NCBI GenBank assembly: GCA_965219445.1 | Contig: CBDCNQ010000004.1 | Span: forward strand, 992,001 to 1,056,000 | DNA from: Longimicrobiales bacterium | GTDB taxonomy: Bacteria; Gemmatimonadota; Gemmatimonadetes; Longimicrobiales; Gaopeijiaceae | DNA length: 64,000 nucleotides | Direction: 5' to 3' | Shown: positions 1 to 10,824 of the stretch, one piece after another | Position numbering within the stretch: the stretch's first letter is position 1 | Layout of the letters: each line of letters begins with the position of its first letter | Notes under the pieces: generated by a model | What the model was told of the DNA's origin: nothing | What the model saw: only the letters and a program-made list of their open reading frames with translations | The model's database searches: none | Position numbers and translations under genes: made by a program

Positions 1-4
1 CTCC

Positions 5-1024
5 ATGGCCCGCATCAGCCGCGAGTTGCCGAACCGGTCCAGTGTTGGAGGGCTCTTCGTGAACCGAGACGCGATGGGATCCGGTTCCGCGTCCGACGAC
101 TGGAATCGCACCTTCGGCCTAGACGGTAGCCTCGGGGCGGGACAGTACTTGGACTTTCGTGGCTTCCTCTCACGGACGGTCACCCCTGGCGAGAGCGGTG
201 ACGAGATGGCGTACAACTTCCGTGGGGAGTTCAGGCGAGGCGGATTAGAGAGTGGTGTCGAATACACGGAGATCGGCGACGGCTTCAACCCGGAAGTGGG
301 TTTCCTGAGGCGAGGGTCATACCGGTCGTCCGACTTCCGCGTCGCCTGGAGGTATCAGGCGCCCGGCATCTCCTGGCTACGCCAGTTGAATCCTCATACC
401 CAGCTGACCACGGTCTGGGATCTCGGGGGCTTCCTGGAGGAGCAGATCTGGCACATGCACTTTCCCATCGATTTCGAGAACGGATGGGGCTTCAGTCCCT
501 TGGTCGACGTGGATTGGGAGGGCTTCCAAGCACCCTTCGAGATTTCTCCGGGAGTGGTGGTACCGGCGGGGGAGTACGACTACGTCCACACCGAAGCGCG
601 CCTGTCTACCGACTCGAGGCGTACCCTGTCTTTCAGCACGAATTGGGTGCTGGGAGGTTTCTTGGCCGGAACCGAGACGTCCGTGACCAACACCCTGAAT
701 GTGCGGAGCGGAGGCAAGTTCACCACGTCCGTGGGGTGGACTCGGCAGGACATCGATCTCCCCTGGGGGGACTTCGTCACGAACTTGGGTCAGGCCCGCT
801 TCAGCTACAGTTTTACGCCGCGGGTAAACTTCCAATCGCTCATCCAGTACAGCGACCGGGACGAGAATTGGAGTGGGAACCTCCGGTTCGCTTGGTTGAA
901 CGCTGAGGGTGCCGGCTCCGGTTTATTCGTCGTGTACAACGCGACGCAGGCGCTGGAGGGTCTTGGTCCGATCAACCGGACTTTCATAATCAAATACAGC
1001 CGCCAGTTCGACATGCTGAGGTGA
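5..1024 (+). CDS. C-terminal part of a DUF5916-like outer-membrane beta-barrel protein (5' end outside window)
   Basis: Frame open from the window edge; alternating beta-strand pattern, 'FNPEVGF' motif and C-terminal 'FIIKYSRQF' typical of this family. Confidence 0.7.
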   Translation: MARISRELPNRSSVGGLFVNRDAMGSGSASDDWNRTFGLDGSLGAGQYLDFRGFLSRTVTPGESGDEMAYNFRGEFRRGGLESGVEYTEIGDGFNPEVGFLRRGSYRSSDFRVAWRYQAPGISWLRQLNPHTQLTTVWDLGGFLEEQIWHMHFPIDFENGWGFSPLVDVDWEGFQAPFEISPGVVVPAGEYDYVHTEARLSTDSRRTLSFSTNWVLGGFLAGTETSVTNTLNVRSGGKFTTSVGWTRQDIDLPWGDFVTNLGQARFSYSFTPRVNFQSLIQYSDRDENWSGNLRFAWLNAEGAGSGLFVVYNATQALEGLGPINRTFIIKYSRQFDMLR

Positions 1025-1121
1025 GGAGAGGGGGCTGCTTGCGCAACTTGGGCTCAGGAGTCGACGCGGGGCGATAGACGAGAAGAGCGCGCGGGGAGAT
1101 CCTCGCTCACCGGGCAGAAAT

Positions 1122-1163
1122 CAGAGAGCCCGACGCGGAAGTGAATCCGCGCCGGGCTCTCTG
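1122..1163. terminator. Hairpin between convergent genes (probable bidirectional terminator)
   Basis: CAGAGAGCCCG-ACGCGGA...TCCGCG-CCGGGCTCTCTG inverted repeat. Confidence 0.6.
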
Positions 1164-1235
1164 CTCCAGCCCTTCATCTACCTTCGGGCTTCGTGCAGGC
1201 TTCCCTCTTACTCGCCTACACCCTCCCGCCTGGGG

Positions 1236-2606
1236 TCATCCCCCGTCGGCGGCGGGCCGAGCCCTGTCCCGCTCACGCTGAGCGACCATCTGCTCGAAGT
1301 CCTCATCCGGGATCCAGGTGATCCCGAAACGGATGTGGGCCATCTCGCTCGCGCTCCTCCTCCCGTAGACCACCCATTGGTCAGGGTCGGGGTTGGATGG
1401 ATTGTCCGCCGTATTGTCCAACAAGGAGGTGGCGATGATAACCGTCCCCTTCGGCAACAGGGGCTGCACGTCATCCTGGTAGATGTGCGTGGTGTGCCAC
1501 AGATGGTTCCAGTCGATCTTGTTGATCACCTCCCGACGACCGTCGGGATAGATCGCCTCCATCATCTGATACCCACCTCGAAGGTGCATATGGCCGCGTA
1601 TGCTATGAACCCGCGCGTTCCGCTCGAGCACAAAGTTGCCACGCAACATCTGGTACCCATGGGGCGGAATGAGCATATCGGTGTATCGCGGCAGGCCCAA
1701 ATCACGACTCTCACCCGAATTGTGGGAAGTCTCGTCGTTCGTGGCGTACTTTGGCTCTTCTCCCTCTGGGTAGAGCCAAACGCCCACCTGGATCATCGCG
1801 TCGACCACTTCCCTCCCGATCGGGAAAAGGTGCATCGAAAAGTGGATCTGGTCGTCGGGCTGGATCAGCTTGCCGGCATCCTCCGGATACATGTCCGTTC
1901 TTTTTCCGACCGCGGAGGAGGAAAGCCCTCCGCGCCGCTCGTTGTCCGACAGCTGAAAGAGACTCGTGTTGGCGTGATGAAAGACGTATCCGCTCTCAGC
2001 GTCCGCGGGCCTCGTCTCCACCGCCCTGACCCACCGGTTTTCTGTTAGCGCCGCGTCCATTACATCGGTTAGGGCTGCGTCCGGCTCCCACCACTGATCC
2101 CCGCTATTGGCAGGAACCGTGAACGGTGGCGACTGGATGATCAAGTCCGGTGGACCCCAACCCTGGTCCTGTTCGAGCTGCCAATACTCGTGGTCTGGCT
2201 TCCAATCACGCGGCACCGGGAGGTTCGACAGGTCCCCCGCCGGCGTACCCGAGTCCACCCAACGGGCGATCGTCTCGATCTCCTGAACCGAGAGCGACGG
2301 GTCGTTCTTGAAGTCCTGGATTCCCACGGTCCGGTCGATATACCAGCCCGGTGGCATCGTCCGTGTCTCCACCGAGTGCTGGATCATTGACGCAAACGGC
2401 CGTACTTGCTCGTAGGTTTCGAGAACCATCGGCGCCGCCGTGCCCGGCCGATGACACCTCACGCAGTTCTCCTGCAGAATGGGCGCAACGTGCTCGGCGT
2501 AGGTTACGTCCTGCGCGGCGGCAGCCTGCGGCCACGCCACCGTTCCGGCTAGCACCGCACCAGCGAATGCTACCCAGATATTCGGAAGTCCTTTGGTTCT
2601 ACTCAT
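1236..2606 (-). CDS. Exported cytochrome c / copper type II (PHM-like) monooxygenase-domain protein
   Basis: Signal peptide (AAAAQ), CVRCH heme motif, HH and HMH motifs and late SEMAH Met as in PHM/DBH Cu ligands; GGAGAG RBS before ATG 2606. Confidence 0.7.
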   Translation of the reverse strand: MSRTKGLPNIWVAFAGAVLAGTVAWPQAAAAQDVTYAEHVAPILQENCVRCHRPGTAAPMVLETYEQVRPFASMIQHSVETRTMPPGWYIDRTVGIQDFKNDPSLSVQEIETIARWVDSGTPAGDLSNLPVPRDWKPDHEYWQLEQDQGWGPPDLIIQSPPFTVPANSGDQWWEPDAALTDVMDAALTENRWVRAVETRPADAESGYVFHHANTSLFQLSDNERRGGLSSSAVGKRTDMYPEDAGKLIQPDDQIHFSMHLFPIGREVVDAMIQVGVWLYPEGEEPKYATNDETSHNSGESRDLGLPRYTDMLIPPHGYQMLRGNFVLERNARVHSIRGHMHLRGGYQMMEAIYPDGRREVINKIDWNHLWHTTHIYQDDVQPLLPKGTVIIATSLLDNTADNPSNPDPDQWVVYGRRSASEMAHIRFGITWIPDEDFEQMVAQRERDRARPAADGG

Positions 2607-2620
2607 GTGACACTCTCCGG

Positions 2621-3562
2621 TCAGTTGGTGACGGTGACCTCGACCCACCCATTGGTAAAGCAACAATGGTATTCGAAGCTGTTACGGAGGGTTTCGATCG
2701 CCTGCACGAGCAGGACGTAGTCCCCCGCTTCACTAAATGTAACCCTCGTCGTGCCCATTCCCTCACGCTCAGTTAATGGGACTTCGACCTCATCTTCGCT
2801 GAAACTCACCTCGCCGGGCCCTGAATAGTGCATCCAGTACAGCCAGCTCTCTGGCTCCTCGTACATTGTTTCTCCGGAATTCACCCAGGCAGAGATCGCC
2901 AGTGGTTCGCCGACTCTCGCGGTGAGCGGACCCTCCCGAGTGCCGTTGAGGCCTTGTACCCAAGGATCGGCCGGGTCGAAACGCAGCAACGGCGCATAGC
3001 CGCTGGCGGTCCCTTGCTGATACCTCGCAGGCGCTAATGGGGTCTCAATTATGTAGGACGGTTCCGTGATATGCCCGGGGGTGGAATACGTCTGCCCGTG
3101 GTTTCGCAACGTCCAGACGATGCGTCGGTCTCCGAAGTCCGCGGGCACCCTGATCATGAAACTGTTCCACGGCCGGCGAATGCGGGGGTGAATCTCCTTG
3201 AAGTAGGTCGGCTGGCCCCCGTCGTACTCCCTCGGCTCAATGAAGTTGTCTGGCCCAAGAGGGATGTGGAGCGCTTCCTCGAGGTTCATGCTGGCGTAGC
3301 CGAAGGAGAGCGTGTAGCTGCCGTCGTCATTCACAAACCAACCTTCGAAGACGGGCACGATCGGCCGGCCTGAAGCCCGGATCATCTGCGGCGACCAAGT
3401 CGGGGTGTTCGAAGGGAATAGACTAAAACGATCGAAGCCGTCGCAGGACGCTCGCGGGGTCCGGCAGTCTACCGGGTCCTGAGCCTCCAACGGCTGCCAA
3501 GACTGCGCGCCGAACGTGGCGCCCAGAACCACGACCATCGCTACAAAACAGGCTCGCTGCAT
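2621..3562 (-). CDS. Exported hypothetical protein with C-terminal Ig/PKD-like domain, co-transcribed with the cytochrome gene
   Basis: Signal peptide; 'PVFEGW', C-terminal 'HCCFTNGWVEVTV'; 14 nt upstream of the next gene. Confidence 0.7.
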   Translation of the reverse strand: MQRACFVAMVVVLGATFGAQSWQPLEAQDPVDCRTPRASCDGFDRFSLFPSNTPTWSPQMIRASGRPIVPVFEGWFVNDDGSYTLSFGYASMNLEEALHIPLGPDNFIEPREYDGGQPTYFKEIHPRIRRPWNSFMIRVPADFGDRRIVWTLRNHGQTYSTPGHITEPSYIIETPLAPARYQQGTASGYAPLLRFDPADPWVQGLNGTREGPLTARVGEPLAISAWVNSGETMYEEPESWLYWMHYSGPGEVSFSEDEVEVPLTEREGMGTTRVTFSEAGDYVLLVQAIETLRNSFEYHCCFTNGWVEVTVTN

Positions 3563-3931
3563 CGCCTTGCCTCTTTTCCCACCTAAGTTATTCGACAAGC
3601 GCGCTTCGCGCCGTGGAACGGCGGAAGCCTTGGGTACCCATTGTAACCCACCCGAGCACGACGCGCAAAGGGGGTGCTTAGCGGAAGCCACAAGCGGGTT
3701 CGGGGTCTATTCGGTATCTCGCTCAGGGGTTCGGTGTTTCGCCAATCGGTACCCCACGACAAGCTCTGTGACCACGGCGGTTCCTGGGCGGTCCAGATGT
3801 GCCGAGCGAGTTCGTGGCGTCGAGCTTGCCGTAGTCCTGAGTTTTGTCTCCGGGTGCTCGTACGCTTGCCGCCCCACACCCCCTAGAGGCATGTTGTCCG
3901 GATCATGGCGAGCCCAGGTGAAAGTCCCCTC

Positions 3932-5515
3932 ATGCGTCTAGAGCGCGTACCGTCCATCTTGTCTTTGCGGCTGTTCGCCGTCGCTCTCCTCCTGGCCATC
4001 CCGGCCTCGCTGAGGGCGCAGGACTTCGAACTTCTCGAGGCCACGATCGAGGACGCTCATGCCGCGATGGAGAGGGGGCGACTCACCTGTCGGTCCTTGG
4101 TGCAGGCATACATCGACCGGATCGAAGCCTACGACACGGCGGGCCCGCGGCTCAACGCCATCCAGTACCTCAACGAGCGGGCGCTGAACGAGGCCGACGC
4201 GCTGGATGGGGCCATGCGCTCCGAGGGGAGGGTGGGACCGCTGCACTGCATACCCGTTCTCCTCAAGGACCAGGTGGAGACGAGTGAGATGCCAACCACG
4301 TACGGCTCGGCGCTCTTCCAGGACTTCATCCCGTCGCGAGACGCGACCATCGTGACCAGGATGAAGGAGGCGGGTGCCATCATCCTGGCCAAGACGAATA
4401 TGGGCGAGTTTGCGTCCCGATACGTAGGCTCGGCGTTCGGTGTGATTCGAAATGCGTACGACCCCGACCGGAATCCGAGCGGCTCTTCGGGTGGCACGGC
4501 GGCGGGGATCGCGGCGAACTTCGGGATGGTCGGGATCGGTGAGGACACCGGTGGATCGGTGCGAGGCCCCGCGGCCGTGCATAGCCTCGTTGGGCTACGG
4601 CCGACGCTGCCGCTCGTGAGCCGGCGCGGCATGATGCCGGCGAATCCGACCCATGACACGATGGGCCCGATTACGCGTACGGTGACCGACGCGGCCATCC
4701 TCCTGGACGCCATCGTAGGCTATGACCCCGAGGACCCGATCACAGCGTACTCCGTGGGACGAGTTCCGGAGACCTACACTCTCTCTCTCGATGCCGACCG
4801 ACTGCGCGGTGCGCGCATCGGCGTCCTACGTGAGCCCATGGACTCGGGGACCGATCCCTTGTCCGACGACTACGCGAAGGTGAAGGCCGTCATCGATCGA
4901 GCGATCCAGGACCTGGAATCCCTAGGTGCAGAAGTCGTCGACCCGTTGGTCATTCCGGAGCTGGAGACCGTGCGGGGCATCGGGAACAACTTCGAGACCG
5001 AGCGCGCTATGAACGACTACCTAGCCGAGCTCGTGAACACACCGGTCACCACGCTCCGCGAGATATTGCTCTCGGGTGTCGTGACGCCCTGGCGGGCGCG
5101 AGGCATGATGGGGTCGGTCGGAAAAACCACGGACGACCCGGGTTATCTGGAGGTCATCCGGAAGCGGGAGACGCTCCGACAGAACGTTCTCAAGGCCATG
5201 GCCGACGAGGCACTCGACGCGATCGTCTACGCGACGTTCGACCACCAGCCGACGCTGATCGCTCCCGACGTCGAGACGAATCCGGACCCCGCGGACGACT
5301 ACGGCAGGGGCAGCAACCGGAGTCTGAGTCCCGCCGTCGGGTTCCCCGCGCTCACAGTCCCGGCGGGGTTCACGACGGACGAGCTGCCGGTGGGGCTCGA
5401 GTTCTTGGGCAGGCCCTTCACTGAGGAGATGCTGCTCGGCCTTGGCTACGCGTTCGAGCAGGCGACGCGCCACCGCCATCCGCCCCCGAACACGCCCCGT
5501 CTCGGGAGCCCATGA
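3932..5515 (+). CDS. Secreted amidase-signature family protein
   Basis: LKD, GSSGGTA and GEDTGGSVRGPA motifs (Lys-Ser-Ser triad); signal peptide. Confidence 0.93.
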   Translation: MRLERVPSILSLRLFAVALLLAIPASLRAQDFELLEATIEDAHAAMERGRLTCRSLVQAYIDRIEAYDTAGPRLNAIQYLNERALNEADALDGAMRSEGRVGPLHCIPVLLKDQVETSEMPTTYGSALFQDFIPSRDATIVTRMKEAGAIILAKTNMGEFASRYVGSAFGVIRNAYDPDRNPSGSSGGTAAGIAANFGMVGIGEDTGGSVRGPAAVHSLVGLRPTLPLVSRRGMMPANPTHDTMGPITRTVTDAAILLDAIVGYDPEDPITAYSVGRVPETYTLSLDADRLRGARIGVLREPMDSGTDPLSDDYAKVKAVIDRAIQDLESLGAEVVDPLVIPELETVRGIGNNFETERAMNDYLAELVNTPVTTLREILLSGVVTPWRARGMMGSVGKTTDDPGYLEVIRKRETLRQNVLKAMADEALDAIVYATFDHQPTLIAPDVETNPDPADDYGRGSNRSLSPAVGFPALTVPAGFTTDELPVGLEFLGRPFTEEMLLGLGYAFEQATRHRHPPPNTPRLGSP

Positions 5516-5531
5516 GTCTGAGCCGCTAGGA

Positions 5532-8333
5532 ATGACCGATCCCGTCGCCCGCCTGAACGCAGCCCTCGAAGGCCGCTACACGATCGAGCGTGAACTCGGC
5601 GAGGGCGGCATGGCCACCGTCTACCTGGCCGACGACCTCAAGCACGAGCGCAAGGTCGCGCTGAAGGTCTTGAAGCCGGAGTTAGCCGCCGTCGTCGGAG
5701 CCGAGCGTTTTCTAGCCGAGATCAAGACGACGGCGAACCTCCAGCACCCCCACATCCTGCCGCTCTTCGACTCCGGGGAGGCGGACGGGGTCGTGTTCTA
5801 TGTGATGCCCTATGTTGAAGGAGAATCGCTCAGGGATCGCCTGGACCGTGAAAAGCAAATGGGTGTGAAGGACTCGGTCGCTATCACGCAGAAGGTCGCG
5901 GGCGCACTCGACTACGCGCACGGGAACGGCGTCGTCCACCGCGACATCAAGCCGGGCAACATCCTCCTGAGTGAGCAGGGCGAGCCACTCGTCGCTGACT
6001 TCGGTATCGCGCTGGCCGTCGCTCAGGCCGGTGCCGGACGCATCACGGAGACCGGACTCAGCTTGGGCACGCCGCACTACATGAGCCCGGAACAGGCCAC
6101 TGGCGACCGGGACGTGGACCCGAAGTCGGATGTCTTCGCGCTGGGGTGTGTGCTCTACGAGATGCTCGCCGGGCAGCCTCCGTTCGCTGCGCCTACTGCC
6201 CAAGCGGTCTTGGTCCAGATCCTCACGACAGACGCTCCGTCGATCACGAGTGCGCGAAGAACTGTGGCTCCGAATGTGGCTGCGGCACTGGCTCAGGCTC
6301 TGGAGAAGCTGCCCGCCGACCGCTTCACGAGCGCGGCGGAGTTTGCAGCGGCGCTCGGGGACGAGAGTTTTACGTACAAGGCTCGGGCTCGGACCTCCGT
6401 AACGGCCTCGACCCCGGAGCCGGTAGCCACGCAAGCGCCCGCCACGACGCCTGGCCCCTGGAATCGGCTGGCGGTCGCCTTTGCGACGACCACTGCCCTC
6501 CTTGCCGCCCTCGCCGCCTGGGGCTGGCTCAGACCGGGTCCCGAGCCGGGTGTCCCAACGCGGGCGACAGTGACAGGCGCCGACATGCCTCCTGGACCAC
6601 CCGGATGGAGGCTCGCGATCTCGTCCGATGGCCGTTCGATTCTGAAAGTGGATGAGGGCTCCATCCACATGCGTACTGCGAGCGACCCGGAGTGGAGGCA
6701 GCTTCCCAATACGGAGGTGGGTCTCAACCCGACCTTTTCGCCGGACGGGCAGTCGGTCGCCTTCAGCACCGGGCTCGACGGCGGGATCTCGAAGGTCTCG
6801 ATAATTGGCGGACCGGCCCTTCCGGTTACGACTTCCGGCGGTTCCCCGCACTGGGGCTTTGACGACACCATCGTCTACAGCGACAGGGGTCAGCTCTACC
6901 GCGTCTCGTCCTCGGGAGGTGATCCCCAGGCCTTAATGGACTCCGCTTCGGTGGGCGTAAGCCGACCGCATCTCCTGCCCAACGGAAGGGCGGTGGTATT
7001 CGCAACTGGTGGTGGTGCACAGACATCGCGCATCATGATCTTCGAGATCGAGACGGGTGAGGTGCGCGAGCTTATCCCTAGTGGGAACCAGCCGCGCTAC
7101 GTGTCTACGGGCCACCTGCTCTACGGACACAGCGACGGGGCGCTTATGGGCGTGCCATTCGACCTTGAAACGCTCCAGGTGACGGGGACGCCGGTGACAT
7201 TGCTCCCCTCGCTGGCCGTGTCCGGCGGAGGTGCTTCCCAGTTCGCCGTATCGCAGACGGGCACGCTCGTGTACAGCACAGGTGGCGGTAGCACAGGCGA
7301 ATCGGTTACACCCGTATGGGTGGAAAGAGACGGCACCGCCCGCGAGATTGACCCCGGATGGGGGACCCAGGGAACCCCGAACTTTTCCAGCCTCGCTCTC
7401 TCCCCGAATGGGGATCGCCTTGCGATCTCGATACCGGCCTCCGAGGGAACGACTGACCTATGGGTGAAACAATTGGACATAGGGCCGCTGTCCCGGCTCA
7501 CGTTCGAGGGAACGACGAACCACAGGGCGACTTGGTCGCCGAACGGTGAGTCGCTGAGATTCCTATCGAATCGTGCAGGGAATTTCGACCCCTCTCCGAA
7601 TCGTGCAGGGAATCTCGCCCTCTGGACCAAGCGAGCGGACGGGAGCGGCACGGCTGAGCTGGTGCTGGATCAGGAAGTGCAAATCTGGGGGGCGCGCTAC
7701 TCCTCGGATGGTACATGGTTGGTCCTTCGTGAAGGAGCCTTTCAATCTGGCGACATCTACGCCATCCGACCCGGGGTAGACAGCGTGGCGGTGCCACTGG
7801 AGGTGACGGAGTTCCAAGAGTTGTCGATCTCTCTCTCACCCAACGATCGTTGGCTGGCCTACGTCTCGAACAATACGGGCCGAGATGAGGTCTACGTGCG
7901 TCCCTTCCCCCCCGATGCTGGCTCGGGCCTGGTGCAGGTCTCCACTGACGGGGGGACTGGGCCGGTGTTCGCACACAGCGGACGGGAACTGTTCTACCGG
8001 AACGGAGCCAACGAACTGGTGGCGGTCCAGGTCACTGAAGATCCGACGTTCGCCGCGGGCCAGCAAGAGGTGCTGTTCCCGATGGATGGTTACCTAACCG
8101 CCACGGGTCACGCGATGTACGACGTGAGTCCCGACGATCGACGGTTCGTGATGTTGCGGACGGGTGGTAATGAGGGTGCGGCGAGCGCCGAAGTCTACCT
8201 AGTCGTGAACTGGTTCGAGAGCTTCGCCAGCGGATGGGCAATTGAAGGCTCCGATCCCCTGGTTCCGACGAGAGATTACTTCTCCGACTTGCCGTTGGCG
8301 TTTTTGACGTCCCGCCCCGCCACAGCGTCTTGA
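5532..8333 (+). CDS. Hanks-type Ser/Thr kinase + TM + TolB-like PD40 beta-propeller. A 1-nt deletion near 8219 extends the C-terminus; natural stop probably 8243-8245
   Basis: GEGGMATV, VALK, HRDIKPGN, DFG, MSPE motifs; TM helix; PD40 repeats; paralog at 30280 reads TTCGAGGAGCTT where this copy reads TTCGAGAGCTT. Confidence 0.93.
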   Translation: MTDPVARLNAALEGRYTIERELGEGGMATVYLADDLKHERKVALKVLKPELAAVVGAERFLAEIKTTANLQHPHILPLFDSGEADGVVFYVMPYVEGESLRDRLDREKQMGVKDSVAITQKVAGALDYAHGNGVVHRDIKPGNILLSEQGEPLVADFGIALAVAQAGAGRITETGLSLGTPHYMSPEQATGDRDVDPKSDVFALGCVLYEMLAGQPPFAAPTAQAVLVQILTTDAPSITSARRTVAPNVAAALAQALEKLPADRFTSAAEFAAALGDESFTYKARARTSVTASTPEPVATQAPATTPGPWNRLAVAFATTTALLAALAAWGWLRPGPEPGVPTRATVTGADMPPGPPGWRLAISSDGRSILKVDEGSIHMRTASDPEWRQLPNTEVGLNPTFSPDGQSVAFSTGLDGGISKVSIIGGPALPVTTSGGSPHWGFDDTIVYSDRGQLYRVSSSGGDPQALMDSASVGVSRPHLLPNGRAVVFATGGGAQTSRIMIFEIETGEVRELIPSGNQPRYVSTGHLLYGHSDGALMGVPFDLETLQVTGTPVTLLPSLAVSGGGASQFAVSQTGTLVYSTGGGSTGESVTPVWVERDGTAREIDPGWGTQGTPNFSSLALSPNGDRLAISIPASEGTTDLWVKQLDIGPLSRLTFEGTTNHRATWSPNGESLRFLSNRAGNFDPSPNRAGNLALWTKRADGSGTAELVLDQEVQIWGARYSSDGTWLVLREGAFQSGDIYAIRPGVDSVAVPLEVTEFQELSISLSPNDRWLAYVSNNTGRDEVYVRPFPPDAGSGLVQVSTDGGTGPVFAHSGRELFYRNGANELVAVQVTEDPTFAAGQQEVLFPMDGYLTATGHAMYDVSPDDRRFVMLRTGGNEGAASAEVYLVVNWFESFASGWAIEGSDPLVPTRDYFSDLPLAFLTSRPATAS

Positions 8334-8893
8334 CCGAAGATCTGGACGTCGCCGATGAGTTGGCCACCACGCTCGATCTCGAGCTCGCCGAACCTGACCT
8401 TACCGGTAATGCGCCCGGTCGCGCGTACCACCAAGTGTTCTCGCGCCGTCAGATCGCCCTCGAAGATACCGCTGATGTCCGCCCGGTCGAACTCGACCTG
8501 ACCCTTGAAGGTGCCGCTCTCGGCGATCTCGATCTCGCAGCAGTCCTTCATCTTGGCCTCAACCTGGCCCTCGACTACCAGCCGGTCGCACGAGTCGATC
8601 TTGCCGTTGAGGACGATCTCGCGGCCGATGACCAATATCTTGCCGTCGTTACGGCGTGGCTGTTCGGAACGGCGCGCGCGTTCGCTGGGTTTCGTAGTCG
8701 GACGGCGCGGCTTTTCGGGAAGGCCGACCCCCGCGCGCGGTGGCGGATCCGGTTTGGCGCTCGCCTCGGACGACTTGGATTGAGGCGGCAGCGGCGCGGT
8801 CGCCTCGTCACGGGCCTCGCCCGTGGGTGCGGCATCGTCGTCTGCATCCTTCTTGAGATCGATCACTGCTGACTGTCCTTTCATTCTCGCCAC
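8276..8893 (-). CDS. Bactofilin (polymer-forming cytoskeletal protein)
   Basis: Pro/charged N-tail then beta-helix repeats 'LVIGREIVLNGKI..LVVEGQVE..ISGIFEGDL..GRITGKVRFGELEIERGG'. Confidence 0.9.
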   Translation of the reverse strand: MARMKGQSAVIDLKKDADDDAAPTGEARDEATAPLPPQSKSSEASAKPDPPPRAGVGLPEKPRRPTTKPSERARRSEQPRRNDGKILVIGREIVLNGKIDSCDRLVVEGQVEAKMKDCCEIEIAESGTFKGQVEFDRADISGIFEGDLTAREHLVVRATGRITGKVRFGELEIERGGQLIGDVQIFGQDAVAGRDVKNANGKSEK

Positions 8894-9134
8894 CTATCGA
8901 TCGGGAAAGTTTGTCTGAAGCAAGCCCGGGGGCGCGCTTATGCCTTCGCACACGTGCACGATCAACGTTGGTATAGGTCAACGAGGGAAGCAAGGAATTT
9001 CGGAAACGTCTGTTCCCGTGCCCTCGTGTTCCTAAACTCGCGGTCGTATTACTGCTCGCTGTCGGCTTCTCAAGGTTCGATGGTTGGACGGCAAGGCCGT
9101 AGCGCTGGAGGAGCTGCGTCGTGGGGCCCTCCTT

Positions 9135-10094
9135 TCAGTACGTTCGGGCCACGACGACGCCGAAGAGAGTGCCGGCGACCACACCGCCTACAGCCTGCAA
9201 CCATGCGCTCGACTCGGGCAGCGATCGCTCGCCATGGTGGAAAAGTGGAAGCGTCACTCCCGTCAGAATACCGATGCCGGCACCAACTACCACGTCCGAC
9301 GGGAAGTGCTGGCCAGCCTCCACGCGCAGGGTAGACGTCGCACCCGCTAGGGCCCCACTCAAGAACCCGATGCCGATGCGCTCGAGTGGGCTCGCGTCCG
9401 GCCGTCGCAGCAGGTGCCCGGTAAGCCCCAACGCGGCACCTGTCCACGCCGATGCCGAATGTCCTGAGGGCATCGAGCGGAAAGTCCGGTCGTTGGACAC
9501 ATCGTACGTGAAGTCGGTCGGTCGAGAGTCCACCGGCATATATGCGTAGGGTCGGGGACGCCCGAGCGTCGACTTTGCGAGCCGCGTGATCCCCTGGGAT
9601 ATGAGGAACGTCTCGGCATAGACGAGCATGCTACTGCCGAAGTCGCGCCATCGTGCTCCGGCCTCCGAGGTCGTCGCGGCGAGGACCAGGGGAAGCGCGA
9701 GCAGAGCCTCGAGCGTCCAATCGCTGGCCCGATCTGCGCTCACGCTCCGATTCCCAACGACATCGCGGTCCAAGTTCCATGCGATCTCGATCGGGCTGAA
9801 TCCTTGCAGTGGTACTGCGCGACCCTTGGCTGGTGGCACCAGGGCGTGAGCTGCCAGGAGGCCCGTGCCCACACCCACCAAGGCGATCTCGCGCCCCATC
9901 CGGAGCTCTGGAGCGGTGCGACGTGACCGTACCTCGACCACCTCGACGACGGAGTCGGAGCCCCCCGGGACTTGGCACGGCGCGCGGGTCGGGAAGAGGC
10001 TGGCCACGAACAGCGCTGCCGCAACCGGGGGGGACACGGAGACCTGCAGTCGCAGCCGCTTCGCGTTTCGTCTTCCGTTCGGCGGAACGGGCAC
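9135..10094 (-). CDS. PAP2-family phosphatase
   Basis: KSTLGRPRP, SMPSGHS and RVEAGQHFPSDV motifs. Confidence 0.9.
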   Translation of the reverse strand: MPVPPNGRRNAKRLRLQVSVSPPVAAALFVASLFPTRAPCQVPGGSDSVVEVVEVRSRRTAPELRMGREIALVGVGTGLLAAHALVPPAKGRAVPLQGFSPIEIAWNLDRDVVGNRSVSADRASDWTLEALLALPLVLAATTSEAGARWRDFGSSMLVYAETFLISQGITRLAKSTLGRPRPYAYMPVDSRPTDFTYDVSNDRTFRSMPSGHSASAWTGAALGLTGHLLRRPDASPLERIGIGFLSGALAGATSTLRVEAGQHFPSDVVVGAGIGILTGVTLPLFHHGERSLPESSAWLQAVGGVVAGTLFGVVVARTY

Positions 10095-10122
10095 GCTTAC
10101 CTCCGTGGTGGTTCTGGCCGCT

Positions 10123-10824
10123 CTACCTCAAGTCCTGGAACGCGATCCGGTACCGGTCGGCGACGACCGACCCCGCGAGGGTCACGACCTCACCGGACTC
10201 GAGGCGAAATACCGATGTCGCTCCCACCAGCACGTCGACCAGCTCCGCATCCCAGGGGATCGTGATCCGATAATCCGATCCCTCAGCCCCCTCGACGACG
10301 AGTCGCTCGGGCCGAGAGTCGAATGTCGCCGGACCATTGACGGCCTCCACCGTCACGTAGGACGCTTCGTCCAGGAACACGTCGATCGTTCCCGTATCCT
10401 GCGGGCGGAGCTCGATCTCCAGTCGGTCACCGAGGGGCACGACGACGCCAGCCACGTCCCGGGACTCCGAAGAACCCCTCGGGGCGGGGACGTCGACGGT
10501 ACCCGTGAGCCCGCCGATCCACCGCTGGATCGGCGACCCCGGCGCAGCGTAGGCCGTTCCCGCTGCGACCGCCATCAGGAGGACGCCTGCGGCCCAACGT
10601 AAATAGCTGGGCATCTGCCGTTGCTCGGCTCGCACGATCAGGTCGTGAACGCTCACGTCCGGCGCGGGCTCGTCCAAGTGATTCAGCAGCTCCGCGATCT
10701 CGCGATCCTGGAACAGCCCACGACACTCAGCGCACGTCACCAGGTGCTCCTCGGCCGTGATCCGGGCCTCGAGCTCGAGGTCGCCGGTCAACATGCTCTC
10801 AAGAGTGCTTTGATCAAGGTGCAT
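10123..10824 (-). CDS. Zinc-finger (ZAS, HxxxCxxC) transmembrane anti-sigma factor
   Basis: HLVTCAEC motif, one TM, overlaps the sigma stop. Confidence 0.85.
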   Translation of the reverse strand: MHLDQSTLESMLTGDLELEARITAEEHLVTCAECRGLFQDREIAELLNHLDEPAPDVSVHDLIVRAEQRQMPSYLRWAAGVLLMAVAAGTAYAAPGSPIQRWIGGLTGTVDVPAPRGSSESRDVAGVVVPLGDRLEIELRPQDTGTIDVFLDEASYVTVEAVNGPATFDSRPERLVVEGAEGSDYRITIPWDAELVDVLVGATSVFRLESGEVVTLAGSVVADRYRIAFQDLR

